Positions 1 to 18,196 of a stretch of DNA of 64,000 nucleotides are shown one piece after another. Location: assembly GCA_000004695.1 (NCBI GenBank), contig CM000152.2, positions 2,176,001-2,240,000 of the forward strand. Direction: 5' to 3'. A program made the position numbers and the translations under genes. The stretch is from Dictyostelium discoideum. Lineage: Eukaryota. Below the pieces are notes generated by a model. That model saw only the letters and a list, made by a program, of their open reading frames with translations. It made no database searches and was not told the origin of the DNA. Positions within the stretch are counted from its first letter, which is position 1, and each line of letters starts with the position of its first letter.

Positions 1-510
1 GTTATCTCTGGCTCAATGGATACCACGGTGAAACTTTGGGATTTAGCAACGGGTACAAGTGCTGCAACTCTAACCAATCATAAAAAAGGTGTACGTTCAA
101 TGGTAATTCATGAAAAGGAGTACTCATTCGCCACTGGTGCCGCTGATAATATTAAACAGTGGAAATGTCCTGACGGTTCCTTTATAAAGAATCTATCGGG
201 TCATAATTCAATCATCAATGCTATGGCATTGAATGCTGATAATGTTTTGGTTAGTGGTGGTGATAATGGTTCAATCAGTTTTTGGGATTGGAAAACTGGT
301 TATTGTTTTCAAAAAACTCAATCAATCGTTCAACCTGGTTCATTGGAAGGTGAAGCTGGCATTTTCGATATGGCTTTCGATAAAACTGGTTCAAGATTAA
401 TCACTTGTGAAGCTGATAAAACTATTAAATTTTATAAAGAAGATGAAGATGCAACACCTTATACTCATCCTGTTGTTGATTGGAAACCAAAAAATAATGA
501 TCGTTATTAA
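1..510 (+). CDS. plrg1: Pleiotropic regulator 1 (PLRG1/PRL1/Prp46-type WD40 spliceosomal protein), C-terminal part; CDS starts upstream of the window
   Basis: Frame 1 is open from nt 1 to the stop at 508-510. The translation ...[15 protein letters not shown]...[44 protein letters not shown]...[21 protein letters not shown] aligns closely with the human PLRG1 C-terminal WD repeats and its tail motif. Confidence 0.85.
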   Translation, partial: VISGSMDTTVKLWDLATGTSAATLTNHKKGVRSMVIHEKEYSFATGAADNIKQWKCPDGSFIKNLSGHNSIINAMALNADNVLVSGGDNGSISFWDWKTGYCFQKTQSIVQPGSLEGEAGIFDMAFDKTGSRLITCEADKTIKFYKEDEDATPYTHPVVDWKPKNNDRY

Positions 511-876
511 TAATAATAATTATAATAATAATAAAATTAAAAATAAAAATAAAAAAATATCTTTTTTTTTTATTTCCAAACTTTGGTAAACTTTTTTTAT
601 TTTTATTTTTTTTTTTTTTATTATTGTTGAATTTAGATAGTGGAAAAAAAAATTACTATGAAAAATAAAAAAGGTAAAACGGGTTTTTTTTTTCCTAAAG
701 TGTCGAATTTAAATTTTTTATCAATATTTTTTTTTTTTTAAAAATTTTTTTAAAAAAAAAGGAAAAATCTTTTTAATTTTCATTTTTTTTTTTATTTTTT
801 TATTTTTTTTTATTCTTTATTTTTTTTTTTTTTTATAAATACTTTAAAAAAAAAAAAAATAAAACAATATTAAATA

Positions 877-4098
<3,222 letters not shown>

Positions 4099-4188
4099 GT
4101 AAGAAGTTAATTTACCCCTCATTATCATAAATCATATAAATATATTTTTAAATTTTTCAAATATTAACCTTTTTTTTATTTATTTTAG

Positions 4189-4406
4189 ATCCTTTTATCA
4201 TTCTGTATTGAAAAAAAAGATAATTCAAAATTAAAACAATGTTGGGAGAGTATTCCAAAAAATTTTAGTGTTTTTAATCTTTTATCTTTATTAAAAGTAA
4301 ATAATCAACCACAACAACAAACTACTCCACCCCAAACCAATGTAGTTTCAAATAGTAATAACTCAACTACAACATCATCATCATCATCAACGTCAACTAC
4401 CGATAC

Positions 4407-4465
<59 letters not shown>

Positions 4466-4563
4466 TTTATAATCCAAGCATTCTTTCAATTCCATCAACT
4501 AGCAACGAAGATCTCACTGTTGATATGTTTAGAGGCCAATTATTAAAAATGTTAAATAAGTAA
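4189..4563 (+). CDS. Putative exon 2 of the same gene (adds ~124 aa; S/T- and poly-N-rich tail ending ...DMFRGQLLKMLNK)
   Basis: Intron 4099..4188 has a GTAAGA donor and a TTTATTTATTTTAG acceptor in phase 0. The frame stays open to the TAA at 4561-4563. Confidence 0.4.
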
Positions 4564-5106
4564 TAAATAAGAATTAAAAAAAAAAAAAAGACATTGAAAC
4601 AATTGTTTTCACATTTTTTCATTGTTTTTTTTTTCAAATAAAAATCCCATTTAAGCGAAACTATGACCAAATTTTGGCAAAAGAATTTTTTTTTATTTTT
4701 TTTTTTATTTTTTTTATTTATTTTTTTTATTTTTTTTAATTTAATTTTTAATTTTTTATTTTTTATTTTTTTTTTCTTTTTCTTTTTCTTTTCTCATTTA
4801 AAAAGAAAGAAAAAGAAAATTTGGTTCAAAAGATAATTAATTAATTAATTTTGGAGTTAATCTATTCAATCAATCGTATGTATGTATGATATTAAATAAT
4901 GTTTCATTATTGAGCAAATCAGTTTTAGTGAAATGATAATATTATCATAAGGATGCACTCAATTTTATGAAACTGTATAAAAAAAAAAAAAAAAAAAAAA
5001 TATAATAAAAAACAATGATTTTGTTGTGTTTGTGTGTTTAAAAATATATATTTATTTTATTATTATTATTATTATATTATTCATACCATTAAAATAATAA
5101 TAAAAA

Positions 5107-5137
<31 letters not shown>

Positions 5138-5331
5138 AATAATAATTTAATTAAATAAAATATTAAAAATAAATAAAAAATATCATTTTAATTTATTTGT
5201 TTTTTTTTTTTTTTTTGAAAGATACATTGTGAAGTATTTGGGAGCCCACTTATTTAAACCCCCAATTACCACCAATTACCACTCACATAAAATAATTTGA
5301 TAATGTAAATAAATTATTAAATTTTTTTTTT

Positions 5332-5389
<58 letters not shown>

Positions 5390-5907
5390 CCTAACCACAT
5401 ACACACACTCACAAATGTTACTACTTCCATTATATAACAATAAAAAAATACAATAGCATATATGCCAAATATAAACATTTAAATTTTACAAATAATATTT
5501 GCTGTGTTTTTATTTTATTTTTTTTTATTTTTATTTTTATTTATTTTTATTTTTCTTTTTTTTTTAAAAGTTATTTAAAAAATATATTTTTTTTTTTTTC
5601 ATTTATTTATTTATATTTTAAATAAAACTGGTTATAATTATTATTATTATTATTGTAATACTGTTGTTTTTTTTTAATTATTTTTTTTTAAATTTTTTTT
5701 TAAATAAATAATATTTCATACTACTACAATTTTTTTTTTTTTTTTTTTTATTATTATCAAAAGTCACCATTCACTCATAGCTCTCAATAATAATAATCCA
5801 TAATAAATATTTTTTAATTAATTAAAAAATAAAAATTAAAAATAAAAATTAAAAAATAAAAATTAAAAAAATAATAAATAATAATAATAATAAAAATTAA
5901 TAATCAA

Positions 5908-5948
<41 letters not shown>

Positions 5949-5974
5949 AAAAAAAAAAAAAAAAAAAAAAAAAA
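5908..5974. repeat. Poly(A) tract (~65 nt, one C) immediately 5' of the TBC gene ATG
   Basis: Homopolymer visible in the sequence. Confidence 0.95.
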
Positions 5975-5976
5975 AT

Positions 5977-6423
5977 ATGATTGAATCAATATTTTCTCAA
6001 CAACAAATTGAGCAAGAGAAAAAAGAATCATTAAATAATAATAAATTAAATATTTATACTGAAGAAAAAGAGGAAGAGGAAGAACAAACCCTTTCATCTT
6101 CTGGTATAAACAAAACTCCAAATATTAATTTTAACGAAGATATTGATAATAATATCAATATTGACAATATTAACAATATTATCGATAATATCGGTTTTAT
6201 TTGTAATAATAATAATAATATTAATAATATTAATAACAATAACAATAAAAGTAATAATTTTGGTCCAACCGAAATGACAGGATTTGATAATTCTGAAGAG
6301 TCAAGTGACAGCTCAGGTGATATTTCTATATCATCTGAATTTGATTCACAATCATTGTCTAATAGCACTAGAAATGCCTTTGTTAACCACCATAACAATC
6401 ACAATCACCATAATAGCCATAAC

Positions 6424-6458
<35 letters not shown>

Positions 6459-6886
6459 TACTAATATTAAAAACCCTCCTATTGTGCCAACGATACCTTT
6501 AAACCTTTTACAAGATACCAATACAAATAGTAATAATACTGAACAACAACAACAGCAACAACAAAATAATTCACCAAAATCTTCAAGATCAAGGGGCAAC
6601 ACTCCAAAAAAAGAGAAATCATTTACAGATACTCTTAGTTTAATCTCCCCAAGATCCATATTAGGTAAAAAGGATAAAAAGGTAAAACAACTTTCATCAT
6701 CACCACAATCACCACCACCACCAACACTAGATGATAAAATTTTAAATTCTGCTTTGGATTCATCTTTATTGGATTCAAATAATAATAATAAAAATAATAG
6801 TAACAATAATAATAACAATAATGATAATAATGAAAATGAAAATAATAATGGAAATATTGATAATTATAACATTGATAATAATGTAG

Positions 6887-6970
<84 letters not shown>

Positions 6971-8169
6971 GTAATAATAACACCGATATTAGCAATATTG
7001 ATATTAATACAGAAATAACAGAGATATCACCATCAACTCAATCATTACAAACTTCCTCATCGAGTATAAATAAACCAATTTTGGTTATTCCACCTCAAAC
7101 TACTCAGCAAGCACCAAAAAAAAGATGGTTTGGCGGTTTATTTAGTAAAAAACAAAAGAATCCAGAAAGTGATAACAGTACTAAATCCGATAATAATGAT
7201 AATAGTAATAATTATAATAATAGTATATTGAATACACCATCAACTCAATCAACACCATCTACATCGTCAACTCAATCAACACCACCATTAAATGATTTTA
7301 AATATCCAATGAATAATAGTAATGGTGGTATACCAATTTATAATCATAATCATATTGGTGGTAGTATTAATTATAGTAATAATAATAGTAATGGTAATAA
7401 TAATAATAGTAATAATCACATAGCATCATTATCAATATCATCATACTCACCAGGTGGTGTAGTATCACCCTTGGTCCAACAACCATCACCATCTTATCAT
7501 ACTAGTTTAGTTAAACCAAATGGTGTTTATAGAAAAGGATCATTACCAAACACTAATTTACTTCATAGATCATTGACCAATCAAAATGAAGTCAATGCAT
7601 TAGGTGGAATATCATCGTCATCTTCTTCATTTTCACCAAATAGAGCCTCACCATCTTCCATATTTATAAATAAATTAAGTTCTAGTGGAAATTTTAATAG
7701 TAGTAATAGTAATAATAATAATAGTAATAATATTTATCATCATAATTTATCAGAGACAGGATCATCATCACCAAAATTATTTATTAATAATCTTCATGTA
7801 AATAATAATAATAATAATTTAGGTTTATCATCCTCAAGTACACAAGTTATGTCTTTTTCATCAGAATCGGTATGGGCAATGATCTCATCGAATTGGGAGG
7901 AATGGTCAGAACCACATTTAAGACCAATTCTAACTAAACATGTCCATCAAGGTATTCCAGAGAAATATAGACCACAAATTTGGTATCACTTTTCAAATAT
8001 GATACCACAACCATCGATAATACCAACTTGCTCCGTACTTGCGTTATCTCACTCTTCAAATAAAATTAATACAAATGTTTCAACGTTAACACCATTATCA
8101 ACACCATTATCAACACCATTATCACAAACACCAACTTTTAAATCTTCGTCATCAACTTTATTCGAACCA

Positions 8170-8259
<90 letters not shown>

Positions 8260-9666
8260 CAATTTTCATCAATTTCATCAGATTCTGGAAGTGTTCCAAT
8301 AACTAATGGAATTGGTAATAGTGGTTCTTTAAAAAAAAGTTCAAGTAGTAGTAGTGGTTTAAATAATAGTTTGGGTATTCCATCACTACAACATCAACAA
8401 TCAATAATGTCACCTTCAATTTTATCTGTAAATAATAATAATAAAAATAATAATAATAATAATCAATCACCAAAAGTTTTAAATAGGTTATCGATTATAC
8501 ATTCACATCCAACAAATAGACCACATAAATGTTTTTATCGTAGTATTATAAAATTCCCATGTAAAGATGATGAACAAATTGAAGTTGATTTAATTAGATC
8601 ATTTCCAGAGACAGAAAGTGAATTGGTTGAAATTTATACAGGACAATTAAGGAATGTATTGAAAGCAATTTCTCTATTTGATCCAGAGATTGGATATTGT
8701 CAAGGTATGTCATTCGTTGCAGCTTTGATTATACCTTATCTCTCAGAGGAGGAAGCGTTTCATATATTGGTTCGACTTTTTAATGGTGTAATGAGAGATT
8801 TCTATGGTGTTGGTATGAAGGCTTTACAATTAAGAGTATTTCAATTGAAAAAGTTTGTAGAATTATTATTTCCAAAACTTCATGCTCATTTGAATGAAAT
8901 TGAATTGGATATTTCAATATTTACATCACCATGGTTCCTAACGGTGTTTGCTTATCACTTCTCTGATGAGGTGGCAACTAGAATATTGGATGTTATCTTT
9001 TTACAAGGTTTAGAAGCATTCTTTAGTGTGGCATTGGCAATCTTTCAAATCATTGAAGCTGACCTAATGGAATGTTCAGAAAACTCTCAAGCAATGGCTT
9101 ACTTTAGAAATAATACCAAAACAAAGATTGATGTTGACACTTTAATGACAACCGCTTTTAAAATCAGAGTTAGTCAAACTCAATTGGCAAACTTTAAACA
9201 ACAATTCGATTCAGGTTTTAAACCATCGGTTATAACAGTTTTTAATCCTGATGAACTACCTGAAAAGAAAATTAAAGATCCAAGATGGACCGTTAAAAAG
9301 TATAAATTAAAAGAAAGAATTTCAAATTTAGAAGATGATTTAGCTCTATCAAAACAAGAATTACATTATACAAAAGATAAACATGAAGAGGAAAAGAATC
9401 AAACAATTAACCATCTTAGAGATGTTGCTGATCGTGAATTGTCTCAACAAGAACATACTCGTTTTTTAGAATCAAAATATATTCAAATGGAAAAAGATTA
9501 TCAAAATCAAAAACAACAATTGGCTCAATATGCAAATATAAATTTAAATTTAACACAACAAAATAATTCTCTAAAATCTGAATTAGAAAGTATAATATGG
9601 CAAAATAATCCAAAGAAATCAATTAAATTCATTAAAGATGATATTACTTTAAATCAAAAAAAATAA
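5977..9666 (+). CDS. TBC-domain Rab GTPase-activating protein (1229 aa) with a long N/S/T-rich N-terminal region and a C-terminal coiled coil
   Basis: TBC signatures are present: the arginine finger IEVDLIRSFPE and the glutamine finger YCQGMSFVAA, within ...RPQIWYHFSNM...FLTVFAYHFSDEVATRILDVIFLQG. The ATG at 5977 directly follows a ~65 nt poly(A) tract. Confidence 0.85.
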
Positions 9667-10015
9667 TAAATATTTATATATAAATATATAATATATCAAA
9701 AAAAAAAAAAAAATAAAAAAAAAATAAAATAAATAAAAAAAAAAAAAAAAAAAAATAGAGTACATTTATTTTGTTTACATTTATTTTTTTATTTTATTTT
9801 TTTATTTCTAAACTAACTTTTGCCTCAAAAGATCAACCTTAATTTATTAATAAATTTATATTTAATTTAACAAATCTTAAAGTTTTAATTGTTTTATCGG
9901 TTTTTTTTTTTTTTTTTTTTATTTTTTTATTTTTTTTTTTTTTATCGATAACTTATACGATTCAAGTAATTGGTTTATTTATACATAAATGGTTAAGTTC
10001 AATTTCTCATAAAAA

Positions 10016-10048
<33 letters not shown>

Positions 10049-10380
10049 TGAAAATAAAAAGATAAAAATAAAAATATGCAAAAGTAAAAATAAAAATGTT
10101 CATCAAAAAAAAAATAAAAAACTATTCTTTGAATTTTAAAAAATGACTTTCCATAAAATATCATAAAAACTAAAAAAAATTAAAAAAAAAAATAAAAATA
10201 AAAATTTTTGAGATCATTTTAAAATTATTATTTTCATTCAACAAAACAATTATTTGAAAAAAAGCCACTTTTTTTTTTGAAAAACCCTGTTTTTTTTTTT
10301 TTTTTTTTTTTTTTTTTGCCATATTATTTTTTTATTTTATTTTTTTATTTATTTTTATATAAATACTTTAAATAATAAAA

Positions 10381-12234
10381 ATGATGACAAATATCAATGA
10401 ATTACCAATACCAGTTTTAATTAAATTATTTGGATTTGTAAATAAAATTAATAGCTCAAGTTATTGGTTTGTAAATTATACATTAGTATGTAAATTATGG
10501 ACAACCCAAATTTTACCAACAGCATGGAATGAAATGACCATTGCAACCAGTCAACCAGCTGAACCATTAATTGAATACAGTGAAGATGGTATATTATCAC
10601 AATTTCCAAGTACAACATCAGAACCATATAAATTTAATAAATTAGTGATGAGAGTTGGTAAAGTTAGTGAATATATTGACAAGATTAAATCTTTGACAAC
10701 TATTGATTTAAGAAATAATTCATCAACCAATTATGTAATTGATAGATTAGCCGAAGCATTAAAGTCCAATAAAACTTTAACCTATTTAAATCTTTACAAC
10801 AATAGATTAATGCAAAAGGGTGGTACATCAATTGCAAATGCAATGAAAAAGAATCAATCGATTACTCATTTAGATTTAGGTTTAAATTTATTGGGTGCAA
10901 ATGGTGGTAATGCAATTGCCGATGCATTAAAAGTTAATAATACTTTGGTACATTTAGATCTCTCAAGTAATCAATTAGGTCTTCGTGGTGCTGGACCAGT
11001 TGTTGAAGCTTTAAAAATCAATAAATCCATTAAATATTTAATATTAAATTCAAATCAATTACGTGATGAATGTTCATTACCATTGGCCGATATTTTACGT
11101 TCAAACATTGGTTTCATTGAATTGGCATTGAATGATAATGAAATTGGTTCAAAAGGTGGTATTGCCTTGGCAAAAATGTTAAAATCTTCAAAAGTTTTAA
11201 CAAAGTTAGAGTTTGGTAAGAATGAATTAGGTGATGATGGTGGTTTAGCAATGGCCGATGTGTTAAAGAATAATAAAAATATTAAAGTCGTCAGATTAAA
11301 TTGGAATAAATTGGGTGTGAAAGCAATTAAAGCCCTCTCTGAATCATTTAAAACCAATTCAACCATCATCCAATTGGATCTTAGTTTTAATAATTTCGGT
11401 GATGAAGGTTTAGTTTGTCTCTCTGAATCATTCAAACAAAATAAATCAATTCTTTCATTGGATCTCAGTAGAGTTGCCTCTGGTTTGGTAGGTCATAAAG
11501 CATTGGCTGATTCATTACGTGTTAATAATACCATCCAAACATTAGATTTAACAAATTGTAAAATTACAAATGAAGGTGGTGTCGAATTGGCAAAATCTTT
11601 AGTTGACAATAAATCAATTTCAACTTTAATCTTAAATAATAATACTTTCTCAAAAGATACCGTTTCAGAATTAGCTAAAACTCTTGAATCAAATTCAACC
11701 ATTACTTCACTCTCCTTAGTTCATAATCAATTAACTATTGACGGTGTTGAAGATTTATTCAAATCTTTATCCACTTCCACTAATAAATCCTTACAAACTT
11801 TGGATTTAACTAATAATCTTTTGGGTTCTGATGGTGGTAATATCATTGCTCAACATTTAACAAAATCAAATCTCTCTGAACTTATCCTTACAAATAATCA
11901 ATTATCATCTCAAGGTGCCTCCTCAATCTTAAATGTATTACCACAATCTAATTTACAAACTTTAGATATCTCTAATAATTCTATTGAACCTGATGTTGCC
12001 ACTTCATTATGTTCTGCAATTTCAAATAGTCAAATTTTGAAGTTAAATATCTCTACAAATAAACTCGACGATACTGTTATCCCACCTTTAATTCAAGCAA
12101 TTCAAACTAATCAATCACTCATTAGCATTCAAATCTCTGCAAATCAATTTTCAAAAGAATCAAATAATAAATTATTATATTCAATTCAACAAAATAAATC
12201 AATTTATTATTATGATTTAGTTGAAGAAATTTAA
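10381..12234 (+). CDS. F-box-like / RNI-type leucine-rich repeat protein (617 aa)
   Basis: The N-terminus LPIPVLIKLFGFV is F-box-like. About 17 ribonuclease-inhibitor-type 28-aa LRRs follow (LDLSSNQLGLRGAGPVVEALKINKSIKYLILNSNQLRDE...). Confidence 0.8.
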   Translation: MMTNINELPIPVLIKLFGFVNKINSSSYWFVNYTLVCKLWTTQILPTAWNEMTIATSQPAEPLIEYSEDGILSQFPSTTSEPYKFNKLVMRVGKVSEYIDKIKSLTTIDLRNNSSTNYVIDRLAEALKSNKTLTYLNLYNNRLMQKGGTSIANAMKKNQSITHLDLGLNLLGANGGNAIADALKVNNTLVHLDLSSNQLGLRGAGPVVEALKINKSIKYLILNSNQLRDECSLPLADILRSNIGFIELALNDNEIGSKGGIALAKMLKSSKVLTKLEFGKNELGDDGGLAMADVLKNNKNIKVVRLNWNKLGVKAIKALSESFKTNSTIIQLDLSFNNFGDEGLVCLSESFKQNKSILSLDLSRVASGLVGHKALADSLRVNNTIQTLDLTNCKITNEGGVELAKSLVDNKSISTLILNNNTFSKDTVSELAKTLESNSTITSLSLVHNQLTIDGVEDLFKSLSTSTNKSLQTLDLTNNLLGSDGGNIIAQHLTKSNLSELILTNNQLSSQGASSILNVLPQSNLQTLDISNNSIEPDVATSLCSAISNSQILKLNISTNKLDDTVIPPLIQAIQTNQSLISIQISANQFSKESNNKLLYSIQQNKSIYYYDLVEEI

Positions 12235-12619
12235 AATAAAATAAAAAATATTTATATAAAAATAAAATTTGAAAACCATTTTTATTTATTTAAATAAATC
12301 ATTGAGGTTTTTTTTTTTTATAAACGTTGAGGTTTTTTTTTTTTTATTACTTTTTTTTTATTGTCACTTTTTTATTTTATTATCACTTTTAAGAAATTAA
12401 AAAAAATAAATGGTTTTAAAAGGATTAAAGTAATTTATAAAAAAAAATAAAAAAAAAATAATAAATTAATTAGTTGAGAAAAGAAAAATTCAGTAATAGA
12501 ACTAATAAACTTTTTTGTTTTTGTTTTAAATATTTCGTTTTAATATTATTTTTTATTTTTTTTTTATTACTTCTTTTTTTATTTTTATTTTTTTTATTTT
12601 TGTTTTAAAAAATAAATAA

Positions 12620-13755
<1,136 letters not shown>

Positions 13756-13852
13756 CTAATAATAATAATAATAAATAAAAAAAATAATAATAAATTAGTT
13801 AATTATTAATTAATAATTAATAATAAATCAAGTAAATAAATAATAAACTTAC

Positions 13853-14097
13853 AATTCCATTTATCAATATAATATAAAATTAATCTACCAAAGAATTTAT
13901 CTAAATTTTCATTTAATTTGAAACCACCTGGCCAACCCATTAACCATAATATTAAAGACTTTAACATATCGTTATTTAAGAAAAAGTTTAATTTACCAAT
14001 TAAATCAAGTACATGACCACTAAAAAAGTTTAATAATAATCCTGCACCTATACCTAATAATATATCATTAAATATTAACCATGCGCTATTATGAAAT
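13853..14097 (-). CDS. pigQ: PIG-Q/Gpi1 exon 3 (Gpi1 domain: ...LWLMGWPGGFKLNENLDKFFGRLILYYIDKWN)
   Basis: Intron 2 (14098..14311) is GTAAGT...(TAA)n...TTATTAG. The LWLMGxPxGxKLN motif is characteristic of the Gpi1 family (human LWLWMMGSPAGLKLNTPLD). GTAAGT donor at 13852. Confidence 0.75.
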
Positions 14098-14146
14098 CTA
14101 ATAAAAAAAAATAAAAAATAAAAATAAAAAAATTAATAAAGAATAA

Positions 14147-14279
<133 letters not shown>

Positions 14280-14311
14280 TGACAATAATAATGATAAAAA
14301 AAAAAACTTAC

Positions 14312-14594
14312 TCGATATAAGATGATCTATCATCATTATTATTAATCCAATAAGTTTTCTTTTTTAATGATTCCCATTGTTTTGATAGTTGTTTTACTTG
14401 AAATATTCTATTATCTAAATGTGTACCAAATGTGGTTATATCTTTTAATTTACAACCACTATAAATAAATGGTGTTGATATATATAAAATTCTTTCTAAT
14501 AACCTTGAAAATATTTGAACGAACCAAATGAAAAAATAAATTGGTCTATATAAAATATCTTTAATAGTTTTCTTTTCTTGGTTTCTATTATTAC

Positions 14595-14649
<55 letters not shown>

Positions 14650-14736
14650 ATTATTATTTGCGTTACTTTTACTTGGTGATATATTATTAGTAGTTGATAT
14701 GGGCGGTGAAGTTTTCATTTTATTATCTTGTTCTAA

Positions 14737-14828
<92 letters not shown>

Positions 14829-15588
14829 TATTATTATTATTCTTTCTAAATCTAAGCGTGAATAAAGTTTTTGAAAAGAATGATTGTGGTTCTGTATCAG
14901 TATCTGAATCTTTTGTTTGATTATCTCTTGATTGCTGTTGTTGTTGTTGTTGTCTTTGTGCTAGTTTTTGTTCTTGTTCTTGTCTTTGTAATTCTTCTAA
15001 TTTTTGTTGTCTTAATAATTTAAATTGAAAATGTTTTTGAATTGTCTCTTGAAGTATAGTTTTAATATCATATGAACAATTAATTTGTTTAAATGTTGAT
15101 TCTAACTCTGATCCAATTTGTTTTTTAGATGAATTTGGTGATGGTGGATCATTTGGTGATGAGGAGGAGGATGATGATGATGATGATGGTGCAAATACAG
15201 AATTATTTGTTTTTGTAATTTTTGAAGAATTTGAAGAGGATAATGATGATTTATTACCTTTTGAAACTAAAGATAACATTGATTCAAATTTAATTGGTAT
15301 TGACGTATAATAATAAGGTGGTGTATCATCATACATTACTAATTGAGAAGATGTTTGAATTTTATATTCATTACAATAGATTTTACGTAAATAGGGGTCA
15401 CCTGATTCTGTACGTTCCATTGATATCCAAATATCAGATTCTTGTAAATTCTTTGGTGGTAATGGTATTTCAATATTCTTATCTTTTCCAATCCATTCTC
15501 CTAAAATTCTTGGTGTATATCCTAATGGGCAACCTAACATTCTTCTATCAAATTTCATTTTATTTAATATAACTTCTAATTCATTTAA
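14312..15588 (-). CDS. pigQ: PIG-Q/Gpi1 exon 2
   Basis: Acceptor ...TTTAAAG at 15589-90 (phase 0); GTAAGT donor at 14311. Intron 1 (15589..15773) carries an (ATT)n tract and poly-T. Confidence 0.7.
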
Positions 15589-15620
15589 CTTTAAATAAAT
15601 AAATTAATTATAAATGTTAA

Positions 15621-15762
<142 letters not shown>

Positions 15763-15773
15763 TTATTACATAC

Positions 15774-16094
15774 TGGTACATCAGTTACAATATCAACCAC
15801 ACAAACTACAAAACTACGAGTATTTAAACCAATTAAATAACCTGATTTTTGGTCTGTACATCGATTTGGCCAAAATATTTTAGTGTATGGTTTATTTTGT
15901 TGTATTGGTGATATGTAATTTACAGAGATTGGATTATTTATATTGTTTGTTGATATTGGTGTTGAACATGTTGTTGTTGTTGTTGCTGTTGTTGTTGATA
16001 TATTTGATGATGATGATATTTGTCCTGTTGTCGTTGGTAAAGGTGTTGACGTTGAAAATGTCAAAGGTGGTGTGGATGGATGACTCGATGACAT
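15774..16094 (-). CDS. pigQ: PIG-Q/Gpi1 (GPI-GlcNAc transferase subunit) exon 1
   Basis: After an S/T-rich N-terminal extension, KIFWPNRCTDQKSGYLIGLNTRSFVVCVVDIV aligns with the human PIGQ N-terminus ([20 protein letters not shown]...AVVLAVL). A GTATGT donor lies at 15773. Confidence 0.6.
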
Positions 16095-16213
16095 TATTTT
16101 CTTTTTTTTTTTTTTATTATTATTATTTGTTTTTTTTATTTTATTTTAAAAATAAATAAACTAATTAATTTACTAATTATTAATTTCCACCCATTGGAGT
16201 TTGAATTTCGAGT

Positions 16214-16251
<38 letters not shown>

Positions 16252-16273
16252 AAAAAAAAAATGAAAAAAATAA

Positions 16274-16305
<32 letters not shown>

Positions 16306-16374
16306 ATTCAAAAAAAAAATAAAATCTTTTTCTTTTTTAAAAAAAAAAAAACCAACACACATCAAACAATTCCA

Positions 16375-17115
16375 ATGTCATATCAAATTCAATATTTAAT
16401 TAATATAATAATTATAATTTCAATATCAATAATTTTTATTTATCTATCAATAAATAATGAAAATTCAATTTTAGGTTCAATTTTAAATATTTATAATAAT
16501 AATGATTTTTATGATAATCTCAATAATTATGAAAACCAATTAATTCAAAGCTCAATAAATTTTGAAAATATTAAAAAAACATCAATCTATAAAAATTATC
16601 CTTATAGATATAAACATTTAGAAGAAAAACAAGAATTATTAAAACAAAAAATAAAAGAAGAAAGATTAAAATTAATTGAAAATGAAAAATCAATTCCACA
16701 ACAACAAAAATTATTCATTATAATATTCATTAGCTTTTTAACAATAACCATCATTGCTTTTTTTGTTAAATTAATTATTAAAAATAATTTAAAAGAAACA
16801 AAAAAAACAACTTATAATATTAATAAACAAATTGAAACAATTGATAAATCAATTAATAATATTATAATAAATAAACCATTAATAGAAATTAATAAAATGA
16901 AATCAATTAATAATCCTTTCTTATTAGAAATATTATTACAAGATTTTAATAATTCCTATACTACCAAAAATAATAAAAATGATAATAATCCAATTTTATT
17001 AGAATATAAAAAAGAAATTGAAGAATTAAATAAAAAACAAGAAATATTAAATAATAATTTTAAGAATAGTATTGAAAATATGAATTTATTAGAAAATAGT
17101 GAATCTGTTAATGAA

Positions 17116-17154
<39 letters not shown>

Positions 17155-18027
17155 GAAAATAATAATAATAATAATAATAATTATAATAATGATAATAGTG
17201 ATAATGAAGAAAATTTTAAAAATGAAAATAGAAAAGTGAATAAAGATTTAAAAAGAGCTTCAATTGAAATTCAAACTAAAATGTTTATGTATGAATATAA
17301 GAAATGGGATAAACAAAGAATAGATGCAATTGAAGAAGCAGAAAGAATAAGAAAAGAGAATGAAAAGGAAAAAATTGAAAATGAAAAAAGAAAACTTGAA
17401 GAAGAAAAAAAGAAAAAAGAATATCAAGAATCACTTGAACAAGTTAGAGAATCTAAATTTTTTATAATTTCAATTAAAATCATTGTAATATTAAATATAT
17501 TACCAGAATTAGTGAAATTAATTATGTATCATATAAATTCAATTATACCAACTATAATGTGTTTTAATATTAATAATAGTAATTATTATTTGAAATTTTT
17601 AAAACAAATTTTAAATAATACACCATTTTCAAATTTATTAGAATGTATACCAATTATTAAAATCAATTGGTTTTTAACATTAATGACAATTGCTTATATT
17701 GGAATTTTAATAATTAGTTTAACCCTACATTCAAACTCTTTTATTATAACTTTACCATTATTGGCAATCACTTTTTATACCTATAAAATTGATTACAATA
17801 ATTTAAATTCCTATTTAGTCCATATCATAATGAATTTGGTATTATTATTCCTTTGGAAATTATTCATTCATAATTATCAAGAAAGAATCATATCAAGTAA
17901 ATTTCATAAAACTTTTATTTCGCCATCGATTACAATTAGAATTTTTACTATTATAATAATTATTATTTATAATATAATAATTCATAAATATTTTTTAAAT
18001 TCAATAAATTTAATAATTACAAAATAA
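16375..18027 (+). CDS. Hypothetical multi-pass membrane protein with a central K/E-rich coiled-coil region
   Basis: ORF in the frame of the 16201 track ORF. The likely true start is MSYQIQYL at 16375; the upstream poly-K is translated poly(A). Several hydrophobic helices (IIIIISISIIFIYL, FIIIFISFLTITIIAFFV, and a C-terminal cluster). Internal introns cannot be excluded. Confidence 0.5.
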
Positions 18028-18196
18028 TAATATTAAATAAATATTTAATTTTTTTTTTTTTATTACTTTTTTTTTTTTTTTTTTTTTTATAAAATGTTTT
18101 TATTTGTAGTTTTTTTTTTTTTTTTTTTTTTTTTTATACTATTTTTTATGTTTATTTTTTTATGTTTATTTTTTTTTTATTTTTTTTTTTATTTTT

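Noticed and set aside
4840-4980. Possible box C/D snoRNA in the non-AT segment ...gtatgatattaaataatgtttcattattgagcaaatcag...gaaatgataatattatcataagg...
   Set aside because: No proper C box (RUGAUGA) or D box (CUGA) pair with terminal complementarity. More likely part of the 3' UTR of the 877..4563 gene.
11055-11702. Two minus-strand ORFs (126 and 69 aa) inside the LRR gene
   Set aside because: Antisense to a strongly periodic LRR coding sequence, with no start context or conserved features.
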